Shown here: positions 8,735 to 20,670 of the stretch, one piece after another
Position numbering within the stretch: the first letter of the stretch is position 1
Layout: every line of letters begins with the position of its first letter
NCBI RefSeq assembly: GCF_004010195.1
Contig: NC_057718.1
Span: 65,287,811-65,317,858, forward strand
Direction of reading: 5' to 3'
Origin: Chiloscyllium plagiosum
Taxonomy: Eukaryota
Length of the DNA: 30,048 nucleotides
Made by a program: the position numbers and the translations under genes
The notes under the pieces: model-generated
What the model saw: the letters and a program-made list of their open reading frames with translations, nothing else
The model's database searches: none
What the model was told of the DNA's origin: nothing

Positions 8735-11244
8735 TGCCAAAGCTATCTCATATCCCCTTTTTGCCTTCCTGATTTCCCAGTTAAGTATACCCTACTGCCT
8801 TGATACTCGTCTAAGGATTCATTTGATCTATCTTGTCCATACCTGACACATGCTTCCTTCTTTTTCTTAACCAAATCCTCAATTTCTTTAGTCATCTTGC
8901 ATTCCTTACACCTACCAGCCTTTCCTTTCACCCTAATAGGAATATACTGTCTATGGATTCTCATTACCTCATTTCTGAAGGTGTCTTATTTTCCAGCCGT
9001 CCCTTTGCCTGCCCCCAATCAGCTTTTGAAAGTTCTTGCCTAATCCCGTCAAAATTAGCCTTCCTCCAAATTATAACTTCAACTTTTAAACCTGGTCTAT
9101 CCTTTTCCATCACTATTTTAAAACTAATAGAATTGTGGTTGCTGGCCCCAAAGTGCTTCCCCACTGACACCTCAGTCACCTGCCCTGCCTTATTTCCCAA
9201 AAGTAGGTCACGTTTTGCACCTTGTCTAGTAGGTACATCCACATATTGAATCAAAACATTTTCTTGTACACACTTAACAAATTCCTCTCCATCTAAATCC
9301 TTAACACTATGGCAATCCCAGTCCACGTTTGGAAAGTTAAAATCCCCTACCATAACCACCCTATTATTCTTACAGATAGCTGAGATCTCCTTGCAAATCT
9401 GTTTTTCAATTTCCCTCTGACAATTGGGGGTCTATTATACAATCCCAATAAGGTGATCATCCTTTTCTTATTTTGCAGTTCAACCCAAACACATTCCTTG
9501 GATATATTTCCAAGAATATTCTCCCTCAGTCCAGCTATAATGCTATCTCTTATCAAAAATGCCGCTCCCCCTCCTCTCTTGCCTCCCTTTCTGTCCTTCC
9601 TGTAGCATTTGTATCCTAGAACACTAAGCTGCCAGTCCTGTCCATCCCTGAGCCATGTTTCTGTAATTGCTATGATATCCCAGTCCCATGTTCATAACCA
9701 TGCCCTGAGTTCATCTGCCTTCCCTGTTAGGCCCCTTGCATTGAAATAAATGCAGTTTAATTTTATCAGTCCTATCTTGTTCTCTGCTTTAGCCCTGACT
9801 GTTTGACTCACTTCTTTTCTGAAGTGTACAAGTCTCAGATTGATCTCTTTCCTCACTATCTCCCTGGGTCCCAACCCATTAGTTACTTCTACCCCAAAAG
9901 AGATTGCAATGATCCAAAAATGTGAATCCTTCTCCCATACACCAGCTCCACAGCCCTGCATTCATCTGTTCTATCCTCCTATTCCTACCCTCAGCTCACA
10001 GCACTGGGAGCAATCCAGATATTACTACCCTTGAGGACCTCCTTTATAAAATCCTGCCTAACTCTAAACATTGTCCCTTCAGAATCTCATCCTTTACCCT
10101 TCCTATGTCATTGGTTCCAATGTGTACAATGACCTCCTGCTGGTCCCTGTCCCCTTTGAGAACATTCTGCATCCTCTCTGAGACATCCTTGATCCTGGCA
10201 CCAGGAAAGCCATGCACCATTCTGATTTTTTGCTGCTGGCCACAAAAACATCTGTCTGTGCCTTTGACTAAAGAATACCCTAACACAATCAATCTTTTGG
10301 AACCCAACATATCCCTCATTGCATTAGAGCCAGTCTCGATATCAGAAAATTGGCTGTTCATGCTACATTCCCCTGAGAATCCATCACCCCCTACATTTTC
10401 CAAAACAGCATACTTGTTTGGAATCAGAATAGCCACAGAAAACTCATGCACTACCTCATCTATGTGACTGTATCTGCAACTTTTCCCCCTTCCTATAACT
10501 GCCATCCATCACATCCCCTTGTTCTTGTAAATTCCTCATTGTCTCTAACTGTCTCTCCAACCAATCCATTCGCTCTTATAGGATTTGCAACCAACCAAAT
10601 TTATTGAAGATATAATCCTCAGTAACGTGTAAGCTCTCCCTAAACTCCCACATCCGACAAAAAGACCATATCACTCTACTAAGGGCCATTTTTGCTTCTT
10701 TCAAACTACAGACCCAGAAAATAGCACTGTTTTATTCCTCGACAAAACATTGCTCCAGGCTAACTTAATACATATGACTTATATTTTTACGTTTAATCAA
10801 GAGACATATCTCAATAAAACATATAATCAAGAAAGAACCCACTCTACTCACTACTGCAGACTTACTATAAGGCCATGCTTAAAAATGTTAATTTATCTGT
10901 TTCTGTGCTGTTACCTCTCCCAACAGATTCCTCCAAAACTAGTTGTAAATTTCACTGTTTATTAATTTTTCCAGATATGCTCCAATGTTCAGCAGTACAT
11001 GAATTCAAACAGCAAAGGCAGTCACTGTGCAGGTTCACTGCTCTGCCAGTTAGCAATGTGGGTTTCTCTCTTTCTCTCTCTCCTGCACTGACCTCACCGC
11101 CTTTGTCGGTTCCTTTCCTTTTTAAAACTGCTGTTATTTTGACTTTATTTTTCTCCAAAGTTCCAAAACAATGCAACAGCATATAAAACAGTAATTGCTA
11201 TTCCTGGAATTCAATGAAATCACCTCTCACATCTAAAATACCTT
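8735..11244 (-). mobile_element. CR1/HER1 LINE 5' half (5' UTR, ORF1, APE endonuclease and linker), inverted
   Basis: Minus-strand ORF1 and APE motifs: CIYFNARGL, GGGAA, VWVEL, LYNRPP, VGDFNFP.VDW, PTRQGA..DLLL, SNHNSI. Confidence 0.9.
9850..10689 (-). pseudogene. Disrupted CR1 ORF1 (zinc-finger/leucine-zipper N-terminus plus SGNH esterase)
   Basis: ATG at 10689 (MALSRVIWSFCRMWEF...ERMDWLERQL), NKYAVLE motif, IVLGYSLVKGTDR (GDS block), FPGARIKDV, IVHIGTNDIG. Stops and frameshifts present. Confidence 0.8.
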
Positions 11245-13247
11245 TGGAGGGTAATCAGGAGGGCAAAAAGGGAACATGCGATAGCTTTGGCAAATAGAGT
11301 TAAGGAGAATCCAAAGTGTTTTTACAAATACATTTAGGTCAAATGGAAACTAAGGAGAGAATAGGGCACCTCAAAGATCAGCAAGACAGCCTTTGTGTGG
11401 AGCTGCAGAATATGGGGGAGATACTAAATGTGTATTTTGCATCAGTGTTTACTGTGAAAAAGGACATGGAAGATATAGAATGTAGGGAAATGGATGGGGA
11501 CATCTTGAAAAATGTCAATATTACAGAGGAGGAAGTGCTGGATGTCTTGAAATGCATACGAGTGGATAAATCCCCAGGACCTGATCAGGTGGGAAGCTAG
11601 AGAAGTGATTGTTGGGCCCTTTGCTAAGATATTTGTATCATCGATAGTCACAGATGAGGTGCCAGAAGACTGGAGGTTGGTTAACGTGGTGCCACTATTT
11701 AAGAAAGGTGGTAAGGCCAAGCCAGGGAATTATAGACTAGTGAGCCTGACGTCGGTGGTGGGCAAGTTGTTGGAGGGGATCTTGAGGGACAGGATGTACA
11801 TGCATTTGGAAAGGCAAGGACTGATTTGGGATAGTCAACATGGCTTTGTGAATGTGAAATCATTTCTCACAAACTTGATTGAGTTTTTTGAAGAAGTAAC
11901 AAAGAGGATTGATGAGGGCAGAGTGGTGGACATGATCTACATGGACTTCAGTAAGGCATTTAGCAAGGTTCCCCATGGGAGACTGATTAGCAAGGTTAGA
12001 TCTCATGGAATAGAGGGAAAACGAGCCATTTGGATACAGAACTGGCTCAAAGGTAGAAGACAGAGGGTGGTGGTGGAGAGTTGTTTTTCAGACTGGAGGC
12101 CTGTGATCAGTGGAATGCCACAAGGATTGGTGCCGGGTCCACTACATTTCGTCATTTAAATAAATGATCTGGATGTGAGCATAAGCGGTGTAGTTAGTAA
12201 GTTTGCAGATGACACCAAAATTGGGGGTGTAGTGGTCAGCGAAGAAGGTTACCTCAGATTACAACAGGATCTTGATCAGATGGGCCAATGGGCTGAGAAG
12301 TGGCAGATGGAGTTTAATTTCAATAAATGAGAGGTGCTGCATTTTTGGGAAAGCAGACCTTAGCAGGATTTTCACACTGGATGTAGATTTGCTCACTGAG
12401 CTGGAAGGTTCATTTTCAGACGTTTCATCACCGTACTGGGTAACAACTTCAGTGAACCTCCAGACGAAGCACTTCTGATGATTCCTGCTTTGTATTTATA
12501 TGTATGGGTAACATATAAGCAGAAAGCAGGAATCATCAGCAGTGCTTCGTCCGGAGGCTCACTGAAGATGTTACCCAGTACGGTGACGAAATGTCTGAAA
12601 ATGAACCTTTCAGCTCATCGAGCAACCTATATCCAGAACCTCAACCTGAGCTACAAATCTTCTCAAAACTCACGGACTTATACACTTAATGGTAAGGTCC
12701 TAGGGGGTGTTACTGAACAAAGAGACCTTGGAATGCAGGTTCATTGCTGCTTGAAAGTGGAGTTGCAAGTAGATAGGATAGTTAAGAAGGCGTTTGGTAT
12801 GCTTTCCTTTATTGGTCGGAGTATTGAGTACAGGAATTTGGAGGTCATGTTGCGGCTGTAGAGGACATTGGTTAGGCCACTGTTGGAATATTGCGTGCGA
12901 TTCTGGTCTCCTTCCCATCGGAAGGATGTTGTGAAACTTGGAAGGGTTCAGAAAAGATTTACAAGGATGCTGCCAGGGTTGGAGGATTTGAGCTACAGGG
13001 AGAGGTTGAATAGGCTGGGGCTATTTTCCCTGGAGTGTTGTAGGCTGAGGAGTGAACTTATAGAGGTTTATAAAATCATGAGGGGCATTGATAGGATAAG
13101 TAGACAAAGTCTCTTCCCTGGGGTGGGGGAGACCAGAACTTGAGGCATAGGTTTAGGATGAAATGGGAAAGATATAAAAGAGAAATAAGGGACAACTTTT
13201 TCACGGAGAGGGTGGTGCGTGTGTGGAATGAGCTGCCAGAGGAAGTG
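11245..13247 (+). mobile_element. CR1/HER1 LINE 3' half (reverse transcriptase), disrupted
   Basis: KSPGPD, VPEDWR..NVVPLFKKG, NYRLVSLTSVVGKLLE, SQHGF, IYMDFSKAF.KVPH, SGMPQGLV, KFADDTK (~12199-12219), RPLLEYCVRFWSP. Confidence 0.92.
12379..12673. mobile_element. Palindromic Penelope-like insertion (distinct family) with a hammerhead-like core in each arm
   Basis: Imperfect ~125-bp inverted repeat 12377-12503 / 12511-12636. Core CTGAAGA-T-GTTACC(CAGTAC)GGTGAC-GAAATGTC at 12562-12595 and its mirror at 12419-12452. Imperfect duplication GGATTTTCACACT / GGACTTATACACT at the flanks. Confidence 0.7.
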
Positions 13248-13263
13248 GGGTCTAGACTAGCGT

Positions 13264-13455
13264 GGAGAAAGTGAGGACTGCAGATGCTGGAGATCAGAGC
13301 TGAAAATGTGTTGCTGGAAAAGTGCAGCAGGTCAGGCAGCATCCAGGGAACAGGAGAATCAACGTTTCGGGCATAAGCCCTTCTTCAGGAATGAGGAAAG
13401 TGTGCCCAGCAGGCTAAGATAAAAGGTAGGGAGGAGGGACTTGGGGGAGGGGCGT
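13264..13455 (-). mobile_element. Penelope-like 3' terminal region running into the gap
   Basis: Reverse complement contains ATTC-CTGAAGA-A-GGGC(TTAT)GCCC-GAAACGTT-GATT (13357-13392) and ends CATCTGCAGTCCTCACTTTCTCC. Confidence 0.85.
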
Positions 13456-14421
13456 NNNNNNNNNNNNNNNNNNNNNNNNNNNNNNNNNNNNNNNNNNNNN
13501 NNNNNNNNNNNNNNNNNNNNNNNNNNNNNNNNNNNNNNNNNNNNNNNNNNNNNNNNNNNNNNNNNNNNNNNNNNNNNNNNNNNNNNNNNNNNNNNNNNNN
13601 NNNNNNNNNNNNNNNNNNNNNNNNNNNNNNNNNNNNNNNNNNNNNNNNNNNNNNNNNNNNNNNNNNNNNNNNNNNNNNNNNNNNNNNNNNNNNNNNNNNN
13701 NNNNNNNNNNNNNNNNNNNNNNNNNNNNNNNNNNNNNNNNNNNNNNNNNNNNNNNNNNNNNNNNNNNNNNNNNNNNNNNNNNNNNNNNNNNNNNNNNNNN
13801 NNNNNNNNNNNNNNNNNNNNNNNNNNNNNNNNNNNNNNNNNNNNNNNNNNNNNNNNNNNNNNNNNNNNNNNNNNNNNNNNNNNNNNNNNNNNNNNNNNNN
13901 NNNNNNNNNNNNNNNNNNNNNNNNNNNNNNNNNNNNNNNNNNNNNNNNNNNNNNNNNNNNNNNNNNNNNNNNNNNNNNNNNNNNNNNNNNNNNNNNNNNN
14001 NNNNNNNNNNNNNNNNNNNNNNNNNNNNNNNNNNNNNNNNNNNNNNNNNNNNNNNNNNNNNNNNNNNNNNNNNNNNNNNNNNNNNNNNNNNNNNNNNNNN
14101 NNNNNNNNNNNNNNNNNNNNNNNNNNNNNNNNNNNNNNNNNNNNNNNNNNNNNNNNNNNNNNNNNNNNNNNNNNNNNNNNNNNNNNNNNNNNNNNNNNNN
14201 NNNNNNNNNNNNNNNNNNNNNNNNNNNNNNNNNNNNNNNNNNNNNNNNNNNNNNNNNNNNNNNNNNNNNNNNNNNNNNNNNNNNNNNNNNNNNNNNNNNN
14301 NNNNNNNNNNNNNNNNNNNNNNNNNNNNNNNNNNNNNNNNNNNNNNNNNNNNNNNNNNNNNNNNNNNNNNNNNNNNNNNNNNNNNNNNNNNNNNNNNNNN
14401 NNNNNNNNNNNNNNNNNNNNN
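13456..14421. other. Assembly gap (966 N)
   Basis: Run of N. ORFs spanning it are artefacts. Confidence 1.
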
Positions 14422-17400
14422 TACAGCGAGTCCCTTCGGACCTGGTCCATCTAGTGACCAACAGTTTCCCACACCAAGGGGAATGCAGGGAACCCCTAGA
14501 GGCAAGACTGTGAGTGAATAGACATTGGGTAATTCTATAAACTCTTAAAGTGGTGTTAGAATTACCAGTATTAACATGCATCAGGTTAAATCTACTGCGC
14601 CATATGTTTCCACGTTGGTTTACCTGCCCAATGCCAAAGCAGGTCTCCTGCGTCTGCAGGAATGGGGATACCATATTTTAGCAGGAAATGGTCAAGATTA
14701 CGGATTTGGTCAGGGGGAAATGATAGCCGCTTCTCTAGCCTGGGTATTCTGCTGCAAGGAGACAATTTCACTATCTCCAAAGTTGAGGCAGTAGGTGGAT
14801 GCCTCCTTGTAGCAGATGTTATGTATAGAAATGCTTTCCTGAGGATAATAAGCAAATATCTCCCAGTGATAAAGAGTGAGTGGCTGGCAGTCCCACTGCT
14901 GCTGGCAACCTTTAGGCCAGTCATTCTGGCCAGAGACTCGAACTGTATCATGGATGATCGGGAGGCGCTGACAGCGAAATGCATTTCACATCCAGATTCC
15001 TGGTGAAAAAGTTGCGAAACTGCACAAAATCTTCAGCACCCCTGCATACAGAGAGCAGCATAGATACGCTTGGTCAAGGCCAGACGGGTCGAACCATTCA
15101 AGGATTGATTTCCTATTTGCATCCCACACATTCTCGGTCAGATCCACCAATCAGATGTTCTTCTCCGACTACTGCCTCCTGCAGGTTGACTGTCAGGTAC
15201 AGGACGACCAGTGGCTGGCATGGAACGTGGCAACTAAACATGAAATAGTTGACCCAGAAAATTACACAAGTTGGAGAAACGTGAAGCCCTCTTTGAGTCT
15301 CCAGCAGACTGGTGGGAAACAGTCACGGGGAACAGCAAGAGGTTCTTCTTCCTCAAAGGTGTTCAGAAGGCAAGAAAGAGGCAGGCAAAACTGTCCAAAC
15401 TCCAGAAAAGCATGCAAAACCTTCTCCTGCTGCAGACGATGACGGTCAATGCCATGGAGGATCTCCAGGAAGTGAAGAGCTAACAAGCCTCACTCTTTGC
15501 CTCGGAGGTCTCCAAGATAACCTTCCGGCCCAGGGTCTGCACCATGGAGCAGGATGAAATGTGCTTGCGCTTCTTCTTCCAGAAGGTGTATAAGGAGAGC
15601 TCTGCAGCCTGAAGGAAGAGGGTGGCTCGACAACATCATCTCATTTTGACATACTGAGGATCAGCACATCCTTTTATGGCAATCTGTGTAACACAAAACC
15701 CCAGAGACAGTACGGCCTCCCAGTCATTCCTGTCCTCTACCACGGACATCTTAGGCGACAGCATGTGGGAGAGGCTGAACCAGCCATTATCTCTGGATGA
15801 GCTGATGAAGGCTCCCAAGTCATAGAGATGTACAGCATGGAAACAGACCCTTCAGTCCAACCCGTCCATGCTGACCAGATATCCCAACCCAATCTAGTCC
15901 CACCTGCCAGCACACGGCCCTTATCCCTCCAAACCCTTCCTATTCATATACCCATCCAAATGCCTCTTAAATGTTGCAATTGTACCAGCCTCCACCACAT
16001 CCTCTGGCAGCTCATTCCATACGCGTACCACCCTCTGTGTGAAAAAGTTGCCCCTTATTTCTCTTTTATATCTTTCCCATTTCATCCTAAACCTATGCCC
16101 TCTAGTTCTGGACTCCCCAATCCCAGGGAAAAGACTTTGTCTATTTATCCTATCCACGCCCCTCATAATTTTGTAAACCTCTATAAGGTCACCCCTCAGC
16201 CTCCAACGTTCCAGGGAAAACAGCCCCAGCCTGTTCAGCCTCTCCCTGTAGCTCAGATCCTCCAACCCTGGCAACATCCTTGTAAGTCTTTTCTGAACCC
16301 TTTCAAGTTTCACAACATCTTTCCGATAGAAAGGAGACCAGAATTGCACGCAATATTCCAACAGTAGCCTAACCAATGTCCTGTACAGCTGCAACATGAC
16401 CTCCCAACTCCTGTCAGTCCTTAGAAATGAATAAAACCCCCGGAAGCGATGACATACTGGCTGAGTTGTATTCAGCTCTGTGGGACTTGATTGGCCATGA
16501 CCTGCTGGAGGTGTACAACATTATGCTTCTGCTAGATACCATGTGCAAATCCATGCAGAAAGCTATCAGCTCTCTCATCTACAAGCGGAAGGGGGAGAGG
16601 GATGAAATTAGAAATTTGCAATCAATATCATTGCTGAATACAGTCTACAAAATTCTGTCTAAAATCATTGTCAAATGGATCAGATCTGCTCTTGGATTAG
16701 TGATTCACCCTGACCAAACCTGTGCTGTACCAGGCAGGATGATCTCTGAAAGCCTCTTGCTCCTCAGGAATATGATCGCCTATGTGCAGGACAGGGGAGT
16801 GGATGTCTGCCTCATCAGCCTGGACCAGGAGAAGGCCTTTGACACGATATTGCACATGTACATGTAGGACTTCCTCTCCAAAATGGGCTTCAGCAGGGAA
16901 TCTGCAAATTTGATCTGACTGCTCTACACCAACATCGTTAGCACAATCTCAATCAATGGCTAGGAATCGGAAAGCTTCCCGATCAGATGCAGAGTCAGGT
17001 AGGGCTACCAACTATCTCTTCCTTGTTTGCTGTAAAGAGCCCTATGCCGAATCCATGAGGAAGGATAGGAGCCTGAGATGGCTGACTATTCCAGACAGCG
17101 AAAGCCTGCAGGTCAAAACCTCCCTGTGCATGGATTACGTTGCCGTTCTCTGCTTGGATCCACTGTCAATGCACAGACACATGAGCATCTGTGACCAGTT
17201 TGAACTGGCCTTCGAAGCCAAGGTAAATCCTGGCAAGAGTGAGGCCATGTTCTTTGGGAACTGGACCGACCAATCTTTCATTCCTTTCACCATCATGATA
17301 GATCAGCTGGAGATGCTGGTAATATGGCTCAGAGGGGTCGGGGCATGCACAAAACCCCTGGAGAAGAGCATTACCAAAGTGAAGCAGAAACTGGTCTTTT

Positions 17401-18667
17401 GGGAGCACTGTTCCCTCTCCATTGTGATTAAAAACATAGTCATCAGGTGTGAGGCACTCTCTCTGCTGTTGTACATGATGCCTGGTCATGTCTGACCCAG
17501 CAGTCACAACTGCACTGTTTTAGTCACCCAAACCATTTTCCATTTCATCTGGAAGCCCAAGATAGACCAGGTCTCCATGTACAAAACTCTGGATAAAGAG
17601 GTGAAGAACATACCACCGTTGCCTTCATCCTTATGGCCACTTTTGTGTGTGGCTGCATCAAGCTGTGCATGGATCCCCGGTACACAGACACCAAGTGTTG
17701 CTACTTTCTGAGGTTCTACCTGTCCCTGGTATTGCAAAAGATGGGACTGGCCTCATTGCCACAGAATGATCCAGGTAGTTGGATAATTCCACATCGCCTG
17801 TCCTTCACACAGAAATTTGTGAAAATAAACACCTTTGACTATGTCCATCAGGAAGTGGTCAGCACGTGGCATCCTCAAGATCCTGAGGGAAAAGGAGATG
17901 GTGGAAACTGTTGTATGGTTCCCTGGGCAGGCTGTCAAAGTCATTTGGCAGAATGCCTCATCACCAGATCTTTCCAACAAGCACCATCACTTGGCTGGTG
18001 GCGAGAAGGGCACTACCTGAGATCCTTCATGTACGCCCAGCCAGTCAGCACCACTGCACACTGCCCTTGAAGTGGCTGCGGTGGAGAAGGGTTGAGACTG
18101 TCACACATCTCCTTCTGGAATGTGCCTTTGCAAAGGAAGTCTGGAGAAAGATGCAATGGTTTGTTTTGAGGTTCATCCTTAGCGGATCTGTGACATGGAA
18201 CTCTGTGCTTTACAGTCACACACCGAGACAAACATCAGCTGCACCTGGAGGACCATCAAATCCGTGACAGATGTTCTTTGGTCTGCCCAAAACTTGTTGA
18301 TCTTCCAGAACGAGGAGTTTACCTCAAACGAGTAATGCAGACAGGCACATTTCAAGGTCCAGGACTGTGTGCTGAGGAATGCACTAAAACTTAGGATAGC
18401 TGCCGACAAGGCACAGTGCAACTCAAGACCACTGCCTGAGGTATTCCTCCTGAAGGTAAATGGGAGTATCATTCCTTTCAGTTATTGGAACATCCCAGCA
18501 TCTCAAATTGTATGTGTAAAAGAGGTCTTTGGTGTTTTGAATAGAGTTAAAGTCCAATGTTTTGTTAGTTTACCTGATATGCAGCTGTACGGATCTGAAT
18601 TTCATTTGTGATAATGTACATATACAAAGATTGTTTTAATGAATAGGGTATATTTTTGAAATAAAAA
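14422..18667 (+). mobile_element. Tx1/L1-clade LINE, degenerate ORF2 (APE-RT-zinc finger) with A-rich 3' end
   Basis: APE: ITSINM, LLRLQE, WSGGND...LGILL, FSDYCLL. RT: NKTPGSD, ISLLNTVYKILSK, IHPDQTCAVPGR, ISLDQEKAFD, CMDYV. C-terminal CP...ETVTHLLLECAFAKEVW. Ends GAAATAAAAAA. Confidence 0.85.
15822..16415 (-). mobile_element. Young 5'-truncated CR1/HER1 inserted in the Tx1 ORF2
   Basis: Open 158-aa frame (LYRTLVRLLLEYCVQFWSP...VWNELP). AGTC on both sides (15818-15821, 16416-16419). Excision restores Tx1 ELMKAPKSLEMNKTPG. Confidence 0.92.
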
Positions 18668-19034
18668 ACCCTTAGGCTATAATATAGATATACATAAATG
18701 CTTGCTGCTAAAATAACACACCCACACACCAATAAATTGTTTTCATTGAAACAAACAAGCTCTTTAATCAGTCATTGACCAACTTTTCATGTTTGATGTA
18801 CATGGTAGAGTTTGGAACCCAAGAATATGAAATGAAATTTGGCATTGCACCTCTCCCTGGGAATGAGACTTGTACTTAGCTGAGATGCAGCCTTATTTGT
18901 GTCCTCAAAATCAACGATCAGAAAATTCAGAATTCTGAATTGGGGGTATCATTCCTCATATAGGTCCACCAGACTCTAAAGCCTGTGAGAATCTCCATCA
19001 CCATTGGAATCTTGTAACAGCAAGCTTATAGTGG

Positions 19035-19122
19035 CAGCTTGGCTCAATTCAGTCTGACTATCAAGTGCAGGAGGTATATACTACATTCAGAAAAGAGCAG
19101 CTCTTCAGATGAGTCTTAAATG
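19035..19122 (+). mobile_element. Decayed Deu-domain SINE (SacSINE1/AmnSINE-like), 5' part
   Basis: GTGCAG...CTTCAGATGAGTCTTAAA resembles the Deu core (TTTCGGATGAGACGTTAAA). Continues at 20671 after a PLE insertion. Confidence 0.4.
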
Positions 19123-20670
19123 GAGTGGGAGAACGTGAGGACTGCAGATGAGTCTAGATTGGAGTAGTGCTGGAAAGGCACAGCAGGTCAGGCCGCATCC
19201 AAGGAGCAGGAAAATCAACGTTTCGGGTAAAAGCCCTCATCAGGAATGAGGCAGGGAGCCTCTGGAGTGGAGAGATAAATGGGAGGGGGGTGGGGTTGGG
19301 GAGAAGGTAGCTAAGAGTACAATAGGTGGATGGAGGTGGTAGTTTAGATTACTTACAGTGTGGAAACAGGCCCTTCAGCCCAACAAGTCCACACCGACCC
19401 GCCAAAGCGCAACCCACCCAGACCCATTCCCCTACACCTAACACTACCGGCAATTTAGCATGGCCAATTCACCTAACCTGCACATTTTTTGATTGTGGGA
19501 GGAAACCCACGCAAACACGGGGAGAATGTGCAAACTCCACACAGAGAGTCACTTGAGGCGGGAATTGAACCCGGGTCTCTGGCACTGTGAGGCAGCAGTG
19601 CTAACCACTGTGCCACCATGCTGCCAGATGTGGATGAGATGCATTGGAGGGCATCTTCAACCAAATGGGAAGGGACATTATGGTCTTTAAAGAAGGAGGC
19701 CATCTGGTGTGTTCTGTGATGGAACTGGTCCTCCTGGGAGCAGATACGGCAGAGGCGGAGGAATTGGGAATAGGGGATGGCATTTTTGGAGGAGGTAGGG
19801 TGGGAAGAGGTATAATCCAGATAGCTGTGGGAGTTGGTGGGTTTGTAAAAAATGTCAGTGTTAAGTCGGTCGTCATTAATGGAGATGGAGAGGTCCAGGA
19901 AGGGGAGGGAGGTGTCCCTCCAATTGCAACAAGGACAGAACCCCCCTGGTCCTCACCTTCCATCCTACCAACCTCCGCATAAACTGTATCATCTGCCGAC
20001 ATTCTGCCACCTCCAAATGGACTCTACCACCAGGGATATATTTCCCTCCCCACCCTTATTCACTTTCTGCAAAGACCGTACCCTCTGTGACTACCTGGTC
20101 AGGTCCACGCCCCCCCCCTCAACAACCCACCCTCCCATCCTTCCCCTGCCAATGCACGAATTGCAAAACCTGCACCCACACCTCGCCCCTCACCTCCATC
20201 CATGGCCCCAAAGGAGCCTTCCACGTCCATCAAAGTTTCACCTGCACATTCACCAATGTCATTTATTGTATCCATTGCTTCTGATGCGGTCTCCTTTACA
20301 TTGGGGAGACTGGACACCTTCTCGCAGAGCGCTTTAGGAAACATTTCTGGGATATATGCACCAATCAACCCCACCGCCCCGTGGCTGAACATTTCAACAC
20401 CCCCTCCCACTCTGCTGAGGACATGCAGGTCCTGAGCCTCCTTCACCATTGGATACCTAGAGGAAGAACGCCTCATCTTCCGCCTCGGAACACTTCAACC
20501 CCAGGGCATCAATGTGGACTTTACCAGTTTCTTCATTTCCCCTCTCCCCGACTTACCCCAGTTTCAACCTGCCAGCTCAGCACCATCCTTGTGACCTGTC
20601 CTACGATTTTCCTGCTCCTCGGATGCTGCCTCATCTGCTGTGCTTTTCCAGCACCACTCTAATCTAGACA
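19123..20670. mobile_element. Rearranged Penelope-like element: inverted terminal region and RT C-terminus (-), linker plus GIY-YIG and 3' end (+)
   Basis: Minus 19626-19915: DIFYKPTNSHSYLDYTSSHP...AIPYSQFLRLCRICS. Plus 19915-20540: CQCTNCKTC...FTCTFTNVIYCIHC..CGLLYIGET...ERFRKH...EERLIFRLGTLQPQGINVDF. 8-bp TSD CTTAAATG (19115-19122, 20671-20678). Confidence 0.9.
19343..19625 (-). mobile_element. HE1-type SINE nested in the PLE
   Basis: Reverse complement begins GGCAGCATGGTGGCACAGTGGTTAGCACTGCTGCCTCACAG...GGGTTCAATTCCC (A and B boxes) and ends GAAGGGCCTGTTTCCACACTGTAAGTAATCTAA. Confidence 0.9.

Noticed and set aside
13359..14674. Long ORFs of 337-429 aa in the ORF track
   Set aside because: They are translations through the N gap.
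19560..19625. tRNA gene
   Set aside because: A and B boxes are present but continue into the V-SINE core and LINE-like tail, so it is a SINE head. The same applies to 221-270.
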